From the human T2T-CHM13v2.0 reference genome, Homo sapiens: a stretch of 64,000 bases of DNA. Where the stretch lies: NCBI RefSeq assembly GCF_009914755.1, contig NC_060926.1; one strand, 5' to 3'. Below, in pieces: positions 1-13,246 of the stretch. Each line of letters opens with the position of its first letter. Position 1 is the stretch's first letter. The notes under the pieces were generated by a model. That model saw nothing but the letters and a program-made list of their open reading frames with translations. It made no database searches and had not been told where the DNA came from. A program made the position numbers and the translations under genes.

Positions 1-7
1 TTGAGGA

Positions 8-24
8 TTTCGTTGGAAACGGGA
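8..24 (+). promoter_or_regulatory. CENP-B box (P-type; representative of ~190 box positions spaced 333-342 bp across the window)
   Basis: TTTCGTTGGAAACGGGA matches the 17-bp CENP-B box consensus YTTCGTTGGAARCGGGA. Confidence 0.97.
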
Positions 25-345
25 TTACATATAAAAAGCAGACAGCAGCATTCCCAGAAACTTCTTTGTGATGTTTGCATTCAAGTCACAGAGTTGAACA
101 CTCCCTTTCATAGAGCAGGTTTGAAACACTCTTTTTGTAGTATCTGGATGTGGACATTTGCAGCGCTTTCAGGCCTAAGGTGAAAAAGGAAATATCTTCC
201 CCTGAAAACTAGACAGAAGCATTCTCAGAAACTTATTTGTGATGTGCGCCCTCAACTAACAGTGTTGAAGCTTTCTTTTGATAGAGCAGTTTTGAAACAC
301 TCTTTTTGTAATATCTGCAAGAGGATATTTGGATAGCTTTGAGGA

Positions 346-362
346 TTTCGTTGGAAACGGGA
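346..362 (+). promoter_or_regulatory. CENP-B box (Q-type, representative)
   Basis: TTTCGTTGGAAACGGGA followed by TTGTCTTCATATAAACTCTAGA. Confidence 0.97.
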
Positions 363-1018
363 TTGTCTTCATATAAACTCTAGACAGAAGCATTCTCAGA
401 GGCTTCATTGGGATGTTTCAATTGAAGTCACAGTGTTGAACAGTTCCTTTCATAGAACAGGTTTGAAACACTCTTTTTGTAGTATCGGGAAGTGGACATT
501 TGGAGCGCTCTCAGGACTATGGTGAAAAAGGAAATATCTTCCAATAAAAGCTACATAGAAGCAATGTCAGAAACTTTTTCATGATGTATCTACTCAGCTA
601 ACAGAGTTGAACCTTTCCTTTGAGAGAGCAGTTTTGAAACACTCTTTTTGTGGAATCTGCAAGTGGATATTTGCTTAGCTTTGAGGATTTCGTTGGAAAC
701 GGGATTACATATAAAAAGCAGACAGCAGCATTCCCAGTAACTTCTTTGTGATGTTTGCATTCAAGTCACAGAGTTGAACATGCCCTTTCATAGAGCAGGT
801 TTGAAACACTCTTTTTGTAGTATCTGGATGTGGACATTTGGAGCGCTTTCAGGCCTATCGTGAAAAAGGAAATATCTTCTCCTGAAAACTAGACAGAAGC
901 ATTCTCAGAATCTTATTTGTGATGTGCGCCCTCAACTAACAGTGTTGAAGCTTTCTTTTGATAGAGCAGTTTTGAAACAGTCTTTTTGTAAAATCTGCAA
1001 GAGGATATTTGGATAGCT

Positions 1019-1360
1019 TTGAGGATTTCGTTGGAAACGGGATTGTCTTCATATAAACTCTAGACAGAAGCATTCTCAGAAGCTTCATTGGGATGTTTCA
1101 ATTGAAGTCACAGTGTTGAACAGTCCCTTTCATAGAGCAGGTTTGAAACACTCTTTTTGTAGTATCTGGATGTGGACATTTAGAGCGCTTTCAGGCCTAT
1201 GGTTTAAAAGGAAATATCTTCCCCTGAAAACTAGACAGAAGCATTCTCAGAAACTTATTTGTGATGTGCGCCCTCAACTAACAGTGTTGAAGCATTCTTT
1301 TGATAGAGCAGTTTTGAAACACTCTTTTTGTGGAATCTGCAAGTGGATATTGGTCTATCT
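1019..1360 (+). repeat. Hybrid Q dimer (Q head, P-derived middle) marked by GGTTTAAAAGG and AGCATTCTTTTG; representative copy
   Basis: After the Q head the sequence follows P (TGGATGTGG...CCCCTGAAAACTAGACAG...GTGCGCCCTC), then returns to GTGGAATCTGCAAGTGG. HOR length stays 680 bp. Confidence 0.9.
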
Positions 1361-1534
1361 TTGAGGATTTCGTTGGAAACAGGATTACATATAAAAAGCA
1401 GACAGCAGCATTCCCAGAAACTTCTTTGTGATGTTTGCATTCAAGTCACAGAGTTGAACATTCCCTTTCATAGAGCAGGTTTGAAACACTCTTTTTGTAG
1501 TATCTGGATGTGGACATTTGGAGCGCTTTCAGGC

Positions 1535-1551
1535 CTATGGTGAAAAAGGAA
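1535..1551 (+). promoter_or_regulatory. pJ-alpha (A-box) motif of the box-less alternate monomers (representative)
   Basis: CTATGGTGAAAAAGGAA occupies the position homologous to the CENP-B box in the alternating monomers. This is the established A-type/B-type alternation of dimeric alphoid families. Confidence 0.8.
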
Positions 1552-4500
1552 ATATCTTCCCCTGAAAACTAGACAGAAGCATTCTCAGAAACTTATTTGT
1601 GATGTGCGCCCTCAACTAACAGTGTTGAAGCTTTCTTTTGACAGAGCAGTTTTGAAACACTCTTTTTGTAATATCTGCAAGAGGATATTTGGATAGCTTT
1701 GAGGATTTCGTTGGAAACGGGATTGTCTTCATATAAACTCTAGACAGAAGCATTCTCAGAAGCTTCATTGGGATGTTTCAATTGAAGTCACAGTGTTGAA
1801 CAGTCCCTTTCATAGAGCAGGTTTGAAACACTCTTTTTGTAGTATCTAGATGTGGACATTTGGAGCGCTTTCAGGCCTATGGTTTAAAAGGAAATATCTT
1901 CCCCTGAAAACTAGACAGAAGCATTCTCAGAAACTTATTTGTGATGTGCGCCCTCAACTAACAGTGTTGAAGCATTCTTTTGATAGAGCAGTTTTGAAAC
2001 ACTCTTTTTGTGGAATCTGCAAGTGGATATTTGTCTAGCTTTGAGGATTTCGTTGGAAACGGGATTACATATAAAAAGCAGACAGCAGCATTCCCAGGAA
2101 CATCTTTGTGATGTTTGCATTCAAGTCACAGAGTTGAACATTCCCTTTCATAGAGCAGGTTTGAAACACTCTTTTTGTAGTATCTGGATGTGGACATTTG
2201 GAGCGCTTTCAGGCCTATGGTGAAAAAGGAAATATCTTCCCCTGAAAACTAGACAGAAGCATTCTCAGAAACTTATTTGTGATGTGCGCCCTCAACTAAC
2301 AGTGTTGAACCTTTCTTTTGATAGAGCAGTTTTGAAACACTCTTTTTGTAATATCTGCTAGAGGATATTTGGATAGCTTTGAGGATTTCGTTGGAAACGG
2401 GATTGTCTTCATATAAACTCTAGACAGAAGCATTCTCAGAAGCTTCATTGGGATGTTTCAATTGAAGTCACAGTGTTGAACAGTCCCTTTCATAGAGCAG
2501 GTTTGAAACACTCTTTTTGTAGTATCTGGAAGTGGACATTTGGAGAGATCTCAGGAATACGGTGATAAAGGAAATATCTTCCAATAAAAGCTAGATAGAA
2601 GCTATGTCAGAAACTTTTTCATGATGTATCTACTCAGCTAACAGAGTTGAACCTTTCTTTTGAGAGAGCAGTTTTGAAACACTCTTTTTGTGGAATCTGC
2701 AAGTGCATATTTGTCTAGCTTTGAGGATTTCGTTGGAAACGGGATTACATATAAAAAGCAGACAGCAGCATTCCCAGAAACTTCTTTGTGATGTTTGCAT
2801 TCAAGTCACAGAGTTGAACATTCCCTTTCATAGAGCAGGTTTGAAACACTCTTTTTGTAGTATCTGGATGTGGACATATGGAGCGCTTTCAGGCCTATGG
2901 TGAAAAAGGAAATATCTTCCCCTGAGAACTAGACAGAAGCATTCTGAGAATCTTATTTGTGATGTGCGCCCTCAACTAACAGTGTTGAAGCTTTCTTTTG
3001 ATAGAGCAGTTTTGAAACACTCTTTTTGTAAAATCTGCAAGAGGATATTTGGATAGCTTTGAGGATTTCGTTGGAAACGGGATTGTCTTCATATAAACTC
3101 TAGACAGAAGCATTCTCAGAAGCTTCATTGGGATGTTTCAATTGAAGTCACAGTGTTGAACAGTCCCTTTCATAGAGCAGGTTTGAAACACTCTTTTTGT
3201 AGTATCTGGAAGTGGACATTTGGAGCGCTCTCAGGACTGCGGTGAAAAAGGAAATATCTTCCAACAAAAGCTAGATAGAAGCAATGTCAGAAACTTTTTC
3301 ATGATGTATCTACTCAGCTAACAGAGTTGAACCTTCCTTTGAGAGAGCAGTTTTGAAACACTCTTTTTGTGGAATCTGCAAGTGGATATTTGTCTAGCTT
3401 TGAGGATTTCGTTGGAAACGGGATTACATATAAAAAGCAGACAGCAGCATTCCCAGAAACTTCTTTGTGATGTTTGCATTCAAGTCACAGAGTTGAACAT
3501 TCCCTTTCATAGAGCAGGTTTGAAACACTCTTTTTGTAGTATCTGGATGTGGACATTTGCAGCGCTTTCAGGCCTATGGTGAAAAAGGAAATATCTTCCC
3601 CTGAAAACTAGACAGAAGCATTCTCAGAAACTTATTTGTGATGTGCGCCCTCAACTAACAGTGTTGAAGCTTTCTTTTGATAAAGCAGTTTTGAAACACT
3701 CTTTTTGTAATATCTGCAAGAGGATATTTGGATAGCTTTCAGGATTTCGTTGGAAACGGGATTGTCTTCATATAAACTCTAGACAGAAGCATTCTCAGAA
3801 GCTTCATTGGGATGTTTCAATTGAAGTCAAAGTGTTGAACAGTCCCTTTCGTAGAGCAGGTTTGAAACACTCTTTTTGTAGTATCTCGAAGTGGACATTT
3901 GGAGAGATCTCAGGAATACGGTGATAAAGGAAATATCTTCCAATAAAAGCTAGATAGAAGCAATGTCAGAAACTTTTTCATGATGTATCTACTCAGCTAA
4001 CAGAGTTGAACCTTTCCTTTGAGAGAGCAGTTTTGAAACACTCTTTTTGTGGAATCTGCAAGTGGATATTTGCTTAGCTTTGAGGATTTCGTTGGAAACG
4101 GGATTACATATAAAAAGCAGACAGCAGCATTCCCAGTAACTTCTTTGTGATGTTTGCATTCAAGTCACAGAGTTGAACATTCCCTTTCATAGAGCAGGTT
4201 TGAAACACTCTTTTTGTAGTATCTGGATGTGGACATTTGGAGCGCTTTCAGGCCTATGGTGAAAAAGGAAATATCTTCCCCTGAAAACTAGACAGAAGCA
4301 TTCTCAGAATCTTATTTGTGATGTGCGCCCTCAACTAACAGTGTTGAAGCTTTCTTTTGATAGAGCAGTTTTGAAACACTCTTTTTGTAAAATCTGCAAG
4401 AGGATATTTGGATAGCTTTGAGGATTTCGTTGGAAACGGGATTGTCTTCATATAAACTCTAGACAGAAGCATTCTCAGAAGCTTCATTGGGATGTTTCAA

Positions 4501-6224
4501 TTGAAGTCACAGTGTTGAACAGTCCCTTTCATAGAGCAGGTTTGAAACACTCTTTTTGTAGTATCTGGATGTGGACATTTGGAGCGCTTTCAGGCCTATG
4601 GTTTAAAAGGAAATATCTTCCCCTGAAAACTAGACAGAAGCATTCTCAGAAACTTATTTGTGATGTGCGCCCTCAACTAACAGTGTTGAAGCATTCTTTT
4701 GATAGAGCAGTTTTGAAACACTCTTTTTGTGGAATCTGCAAGTGGATATTTGTCTAGCTTTGAGGATTTCGTTGGAAACGGGATTACATATAAAAAGCAG
4801 ACAGCAGCATTCCCAGAAACTTCTTTGTGATGTTTGCATTCAAGTCACAGAGTTGAACATTCCGTTTCATAGAGCAGGTTTGAAACACTCTTTTTGTAGT
4901 ATCTGGATGTGGACATTTGGAGCGCTTTCAGGCCTATGGTGAAAAAGGAAATATCTTCCCCTGAAAACTAGACAGAAGCATTCTCAGAAACTTATTTGTG
5001 ATGTGCGCCCTCAACTAACAGTGTTGAACCTTTCTTTTGATAGAGCAGTTTTGAAACACTCTTTTTGTAATATCTGCAAGAGGATATTTGGATAGCTTTG
5101 AGGATTTCGTTGGAAACGGGATTGTCTTCATATAAACTCTAGACAGAAGCATTCTCAGAAGCTTCATTGGGATGTTTCAATTGAAGTCACAGTGTTGAAC
5201 AGTCCCTTTCATAGAGCAGGTTTGAAACACTCTTTTTGTAGTATCTGGATGTGGACATTTGGAGCGCTTTCAGGCCTATGGTTTAAAAGGAAATATCTTC
5301 CCCTGAAAACTAGACAGAAGCATTCTCAGAAACTTATTTGTGATGTGCGCCCTCAACTAACAGTGTTGAAGCATTCTTTTGATAGAGCAGTTTTGAAACA
5401 CTCTTTTTGTGGAATCTGCAAGTGGATATTTGTCTAGCTTTGAGGATTTCGTTGGAAACGGGATTACATATAAAAAGCAGACAGCAGCATTCCCAGAAAC
5501 TTCTTTGTGATGTTTGCATTCAAGTCACAGAGTTGAACATTCCCTTTCATAGAGCAGGTTTGAAACACTCTTTTTGTAGTATCTGGATGTGGACATTTGG
5601 AGCGCTTTCAGGCCTATGGTGAAAAAGGAAATATCTTCCCCTGAAAACTAGACAGAAGCATTCTCAGAAACTTATTTGTGATGTGCGCCCTCAACTAACA
5701 GTGTTGAAGCTTTCTTTTGATAGAGCAGTTTTGAAACACTCTTTTTGTAAAATCTGCAAGAGGATATTTGGATAGCTTTGAGGATTTCGTTGGAAACGGG
5801 ATTGTCTTCATATAAACTCTAGACAGAAGCATTCTCAGAAGCTTCATTGGGATGTTTCAATTGAAGTCACAGTGTTGAACAGTCCCTTTCATAGAGCAGG
5901 TTTGAAACACTCTTTTTGTAGTATCTGGATGTGGACATTTGGAGCGCTTTCAGGCCTATGGTTTAAAAGGAAATATCTTCCCCTGAAAACTAGACAGAAG
6001 CATTCTCAGAAACTTATTTGTGATGTGCGCCCTCAACTAACAGTGTTGAAGCATTCTTTTGATAGAGCAGTTTTGAAACACTCTTTTTGTGGAATCTGCA
6101 AGTGGATATTTGTCTAGCTTTGAGGATTTCGTTGGAAACGGGATTACATATAAAAAGCAGACAGCAGCATTCCCAGAAATTTCTTTGTGATGTTTGCATT
6201 CAAGTCACAGAGTTGAACATTCCG

Positions 6225-9200
6225 TTTCATAGAGCAGGTTTGAAACACTCTTTTTGTAGTATCTGGATGTGGACATTTGGAGCGCTTTCAGGCCTATGGT
6301 GAAAAAGGAAATATCTTCCCCTGAAAACTAGACAGAAGCATTCTCAGAAACTTATTTGTGATGTGCGCCCTCAACTAACAGTGTTGAACCTTTCTTTTGA
6401 TAGAGCAGTTTTGAAACACTCTTTTTGTAATATCTGCAAGAGGATATTTGGATAGCTTTGAGGATTTCGTTGGAAACGGGATTGTCTTCATATAAACTCT
6501 AGACAGAAGCATTCTCAGAAGCTTCATTGGGATGTTTCAATTGAAGTCACAGTGTTGAACAGTCCCTTTCATAGAGCAGGTTTGAAACACTCTTTTTGTA
6601 GTATCTGGATGTGGACATTTGGAGCGCTTTCAGGCCTATGGTTTAAAAGGAAATATCTTCCCCTGAAAACTAGACAGAAGCATTCTCAGAAACTTATTTG
6701 TGATGTGCGCCCTCAACTAACAGTGTTGAAGCATTCTTTTGATAGAGCAGTTTTGAAACACTCTTTTTGTGGAATCTGCAAGTGGATATTTGTCTAGCTT
6801 TGAGGATTTCGTTGGAAACGGGATTACATATAGAAAGCAGACAGCAGCATTCCCAGAAACTTCTTTGTGATGTTTGCATTCAAGTCACAGAGTTGAACAT
6901 TCCCTTTCATAGAGCAGGTTTGAAACACTCTTTTTGTAGTATCTGGATGTGGACATTTGGAGCGCTTTCAGGCCTATGGTGAAAAAGGAAATATCTTCCC
7001 CTGAAAACTAGACAGAAGCATTCTCAGAAACTTATTTGTGATGTGCGCCCTCAACTAACAGTGTTGAACCTTTCTTTTGATAGAGCAGTTTTGAAACACT
7101 CTTTTTGTAATATCTGCAAGAGGATATTTGGATAGCTTTGAGGATTTCGTTGGAAACGGGATTGTCTTCATATAAACTCTAGACAGAAGCATTCTCAGAA
7201 GCTTCATTGGGATGTTTCAATTGAAGTCACAGTGTTGAACAGTCCCTTTCATAGAGCAGGTTTGAAACACTCTTTTTGTAGTATCTGGAAGTGGACATTT
7301 GGAGAGATCTCAGGAATACGGTGATAAAGGAAATATCTTCCAATAAAAGCTAGATAGAAGCAATGTCAGAAACTTTTTCATGATGTATCTACTCAGCTAA
7401 CAGAGTTGAACCTTTCTTTTGAGAGAGCAGTTTTGAAACACTCTTTTTGTGGAATCTGCAAGTGGATATTTGTCTAGCTTTGAGGATTTCGTTGGAAACG
7501 GGATTACATATAAAAAGCAGACAGCAGCATTCCCAGAAACTTCTTTGTGATGTTTGCATTCAAGTCACAGAGTTGAACATTCCCTTTCATAGAGCAGGTT
7601 TGAAACACTCTTTTTGTAGTATCTGTATGTGGACATTTGGAGCGCTTTCAGGCCTATGGTGAAAAAGGAAATATCTTCCCCTGAAAACTAGACAGAAGCA
7701 TTCTCAGAAACTTATTTGTGATGTGCTCCCTCAACTAACAGTGTTGAACCTTTCTTTTGATAGAGCAGTTTTGAAACACTCTTTTTGTAATATCTGCAAG
7801 AGGATATTTGGATAGCTTTGAGGATTTCGTTGGAAACGGGATTGTCTTCATATAAACTCTAGACAGAAGCATTCTCAGAAGCTTCATTGGGATGTTTCAA
7901 TTGAAGTCACAGTGTTGAACAGTTCCTTTCATAGAACAGGTTTGAAACACTCTTTTTGTAGTATCTGGAAGTGGACATTTGGAGCGCTCTCAGGACTACG
8001 GTGAAAAAGGAAATATCTTCCAATAAAAGCTACATAGAAGCAATGTCAGAAACTTTTTCATGATGTATCTACTCAGCTAACAGAGTTGAACCTTTCCTTT
8101 GAGAGAGCAGTTTTGAAACACTCTTTTTGTGGAATCTGCAAGTGGATATTTGTCTAGCTTTGAGGATTTCGTTGGAAACGGGATTACATATAAAAAGCAG
8201 ACAGCAGCATTCCCAGTAACTTCTTTGTGATGTTTGCATTCAAGTCACAGAGTTGAACATTCCCTTTCATAGAGCAGGTTTGAAACACTCTTTTTGAAGT
8301 ATCTGGATGTGGACATTTGGAGCGCTTTCAGGCCTATGGTGAAAAAGGAAATATCTTCCCCTGAAAACTAGACAGAAGCATTCTCAGAAACTTATTTGTG
8401 ATGTGCGCCCTCAACTAACAGTGTTGAACCTTTCTTTTGATAGAGCAGTTTTGAAACACTCTTTTTGTAATATCTGCAAGAGGATATTTGGATAGCTTTG
8501 AGGATTTCGTTGGAAACGGGATTGTCTTCATATAAACTCTAGACAGAAGCATTCTCAGAAGCTTCATTGGGATGTTTCAATTGAAGTCACAGTGTTGAAC
8601 AGTCCCTTTCATAGAGCAGGTTTGAAACACTCTTTTTGTAGTATCTGGATGTGGACATTTGGAGCGCTTTCAGGCCTATGGTTTAAAAGGAAATATCTTC
8701 CCCTGAAAACTAGACAGAAGCATTCTCAGAAACTTATTTGTGATGTGCGCCCTCAACTAACAGTGTTGAAGCATTCTTTTGATAGAGCAGTTTTGAAACA
8801 CTCTTTTTGTGGAATCTGCAAGTGGATATTTGTCTAGCTTTGAGGATTTCGTTGGAAACGGGATTACATATAAAAAGCAGACAGCAGCATTCCCAGAAAC
8901 TTCTTTGTGATGTTTGCATTCAAGTCACAGAGTTGAACATTCCCTTTCATAGAGCAGGTTTGAAACACTCTTTTTGTAGTATCTGGATGTGGACATTTGG
9001 AGCGCTTTCAGGCCTATGGTGAAAAAGGAAATATCTTCCCCTGAAAACTAGACAGAAGCATTCTCAGAAACTTATTTGTGATGTGCGCCCTCAACTAACA
9101 GTGTTGAAGCTTTCTTTTGATAGAGCAGTTTTGAAACACTCTTTTTGTAATATCTGCAAGAGGATATTTGGATAGCTTTCAGGATTTCGTTGGAAACGGG

Positions 9201-12200
9201 ATTGTCTTCATATAAACTCTAGACAGAACCATTCTCAGAAGCTTCATTGGGATGTTTCAATTGAAGTCACAGTGTTGAACAGTCCCTTTCATAGAGCAGG
9301 TTTGAAACACTCTTTTTGTAGTATCTGGAAGTGGACATTTGGAGAGATCTCAGGACTACGGTGAAAAAGGAAATATCTTCCAATAAAAGCTAGATAGAAG
9401 CAATGTCAGAAACTTTTTCATGATGTATCTACTCAGCTAACAGAGTTGAACCTTTCTTTTGAGAGAGCAGTTTTGAAACACTCTTTTTGTGGAATCTGCA
9501 AGTGGATATTTGTCTAGCTTTGAGGATTTCGTTGGAAACGGGATTACATATAAAAAGCAGACAGCAGCATTCCCAGAAACTTCTTTGTGATGTTTGCATT
9601 CAAGTCACAGAGTTGAACATTCCCTTTCATAGAGCAGGTTTGAAACACTCTTTTTGTAGTATCTGGATGTGGACATTTGGAGCGCTTTCAGGCCTATGGT
9701 GAAAAAGGAAATATCTTCCCCTGAAAACTAGACAGAAGCATTCTCAGAAACTTATTTGTGATGTGCGCCCTCAACTAACAGTGTTGAACCTTTCTTTTGA
9801 TAGAGCAGTTTTGAAACACTCTTTTTGTAATATCTGCAAGAGGATATTTGGATAGCTTTGAGGATTTCGTTGGAAACGGGATTGTCTTCATATAAACTCT
9901 AGACAGAAGCATTCTCAGAAGCTTCATTGGGATGTTTCAATTGAAGTCACAGTGTTGAACAGTCCCTTTCATAGAGCAGGTTTGAAACACTCTTTTTGTA
10001 GTATCTGGATGTGGACATTTGGAGCGCTTTCAGGCCTATGGTTTAAAAGGAAATATCTTCCCCTGAAAACTAGACAGAAGCATTCTCAGAAACTTATTTG
10101 TGATGTGCGCCCTCAACTAACAGTGTTGAAGCATTCTTTTGATAGAGCAGTTTTGAAACACTCTTTTTGTGGAATCTGCAAGTGGATATTTGTCTAGCTT
10201 TGAGGATTTCGTTGGAAACGGGATTACATATAGAAAGCAGACAGCAGCATTCCCAGAAACTTCTTTGTGATGTTTGCATTCAAGTCACAGAGTTGAACAT
10301 TCCCTTTCATAGAGCAGGTTTGAAACACTCTTTTTGTAGTATCTGGATGTGGACATTTGGAGCGCTTTCAGGCCTATGGTGAAAAAGGAAATATCTTCCC
10401 CTGAAAACTAGACAGAAGCATTCTCAGAAACTTATTTGTGATGTGCGCCCTCAACTAACAGTGTTGAACCTTTCTTTTGATAGAGCAGTTTTGAAACACT
10501 CTTTTTGTAATATCTGCAAGAGGATATTTGGATAGCTTTGAGGATTTCGTTGGAAACGGGATTGTCTTCATATAAACTCTAGACAGAAGCATTCTCAGAA
10601 GCTTCATTGGGATGTTTCAATTGAAGTCACAGTGTTGAACAGTCCCTTTCATAGAGCAGGTTTGAAACACTCTTTTTGTAGTATCTGGAAGTGGACATTT
10701 GGAGAGATCTCAGGAATACGGTGATAAAGGAAATATCTTCCAATAAAAGCTAGATAGAAGCAATGTCAGAAACTTTTTCATGATGTATCTACTCAGCTAA
10801 CAGAGTTGAACCTTTCTTTTGAGAGAGCAGTTTTGAAACACTCTTTTTGTGGAATCTGCAAGTGGATATTTGTCTAGCTTTGAGGCTTTCGTTGGAAACG
10901 GGATTACATATAAAAAGCAGACAGCAGCATTCCCAGAAACTTCTTTGTGATGTTTGCATTCAAGTCACAGAGTTGAACATTCCCTTTCATAGAGCAGGTT
11001 TGAAACACTCTTTTTGTAGTATCTGTATGTGGACATTTGGAGCGCTTTCAGGCCTATGGTGAAAAAGGAAATATCTTCCCCTGAAAACTAGACAGAAGCA
11101 TTCTCAGAAACTTATTTGTGATGTGCTCCCTCAACTAACAGTGTTGAACCTTTCTTTTGATAGAGCAGTTTTGAAACACTCTTTTTGTAATATCTGCAAG
11201 AGGATATTTGGATAGCTTTGAGGATTTCGTTGGAAACGGGATTGTCTTCATATAAACTCTAGACAGAAGCATTCTCAGAAGCTTCATTGGGATGTTTCAA
11301 TTGAAGTCACAGTGTTGAACAGTTCCTTTCATAGAACAGGTTTGAGACACTCTTTTTGTAGTATCTGGAAGTGGACATTTGGAGCGCTCTCAGGACTACG
11401 GTGAAAAAGGAAATATCTTCCAATAAAAGCTACATAGAAGCAATGTCAGAAACTTTTTCATGATGTATCTACTCAGCTAACAGAGTTGAACCTTTCCTTT
11501 GAGAGAGCAGTTTTGAAACACTCTTTTTGTGGAATCTGCAAGTGGATATTTGTCTAGCTTTGAGGATTTCGTTGGAAACGGGATTACATATAAAAAGCAG
11601 ACAGCAGCATTCCCAGTAACTTCTTTGTGATGTTTGCATTCAAGTCACAGAGTTGAACATTCCCTTTCATAGAGCAGGTTTGAAACACTCTTTTTGAAGT
11701 ATCTGGATGTGGACATTTGGAGCGCTTTCAGGCCTATGGTGAAAAAGGAAATATCTTCCCCTGAAAACTAGACAGAAGCATTCTCAGAAACTTATTTGTG
11801 ATGTGCGCCCTCAACTAACAGTGTTGAACCTTTCTTTTGATAGAGCAGTTTTGAAACACTCTTTTTGTAATATCTGCAAGAGGATATTTGGATAGCTTTG
11901 AGGATTTCGTTGGAAACGGGATTGTCTTCATATAAACTCTAGACAGAAGCATTCTCAGAAGCTTCATTGGGATGTTTCAATTGAAGTCACAGTGTTGAAC
12001 AGTCCCTTTCATAGAGCAGGTTTGAAACACTCTTTTTGTAGTATCTGGATGTGGACATTTGGAGCGCTTTCAGGCCTATGGTTTAAAAGGAAATATCTTC
12101 CCCTGAAAACTAGACAGAAGCATTCTCAGAAACTTATTTGTGATGTGCGCCCTCAACTAACAGTGTTGAAGCATTCTTTTGATAGAGCAGTTTTGAAACA

Positions 12201-13246
12201 CTCTTTTTGTGGAATCTGCAAGTGGATATTTGTCTAGCTTTGAGGATTTCGTTGGAAACGGGATTACATATAAAAAGCAGACAGCAGCATTCCCAGAAAC
12301 TTCTTTGTGATGTTTGCATTCAAGTCACAGAGTTGAACATTCCCTTTCATAGAGCAGGTTTGAAACACTCTTTTTGTAGTATCTGGATGTGGACATTTGG
12401 AGCGCTTTCAGGCCTATGGTGAAAAAGGAAATATCTTCCCCTGAAAACTAGACAGAAGCATTCTCAGAAACTTATTTGTGATGTGCGCCCTCAACTAACA
12501 GTGTTGAAGCTTTCTTTTGATAGAGCAGTTTTGAAACACTCTTTTTGTAATATCTGCAAGAGGATATTTGGATAGCTTTCAGGATTTCGTTGGAAACGGG
12601 ATTGTCTTCATATAAACTCTAGACAGAACCATTCTCAGAAGCTTCATTGGGATGTTTCAATTGAAGTCACAGTGTTGAACAGTCCCTTTCATAGAGCAGG
12701 TTTGAAACACTCTTTTTGTAGTATCTGGAAGTGGACATTTGGAGAGATCTCAGGACTACGGTGAAAAAGGAAATATCTTCCAATAAAAGCTAGATAGAAG
12801 CAATGTCAGAAACTTTTTCATGATGTATCTACTCAGCTAACAGAGTTGAACCTTTCTTTTGAGAGAGCAGTTTTGAAACACTCTTTTTGTGGAATCTGCA
12901 AGTGGATATTTGTCTAGCTTTGAGGATTTCGTTGGAAACGGGATTACATATAAAAAGCAGACAGCAGCATTCCCAGAAACTTCTTTGTGATGTTTGCATT
13001 CAAGTCACAGAGTTGAACATTCCCTTTCATAGAGCAGGTTTGAAACACTCTTTTTGTAGTATCTGGATGTGGACATTTGGAGCGCTTTCAGGCCTATGGT
13101 GAAAAAGGAAATATCTTCCCCTGAAAACTAGACAGAAGCATTCTCAGAAACTTATTTGTGATGTGCGCCCTCAACTAACAGTGTTGAACCTTTCTTTTGA
13201 TAGAGCAGTTTTGAAACACTCTTTTTGTAATATCTGCAAGAGGATA
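6225..13246 (+). repeat. Tandem duplication of a 5-HOR block, period 3400 bp
   Basis: Private variants recur at +3400: TAGAAAGC (6831/10231), ATCTGTATG (7621/11021), GTGCTCCC (7723/11123), TTTTGAAGT (8292/11692), AGACAGAACC (9221/12621). Confidence 0.92.

Larger units (their letters stand above)
1..680 (+). repeat. Representative canonical 4-mer HOR unit (338-bp P dimer + 342-bp Q dimer)
   Basis: CENP-B boxes start at 8, 346 and 688 (spacings 338 and 342). The canonical Q tail carries CCAATAAAAGCTA(C/G)ATAGAAGCAATGTCAGAAACTTTTTCATGATGTATCTACTCAGC. Confidence 0.93.

Noticed and set aside
543-548. AATAAA and TATAAA motifs as poly(A) signal or TATA box
   Set aside because: They are fixed parts of AT-rich monomers and repeat in most HORs. 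The sequence alone gives no evidence of a transcription unit.
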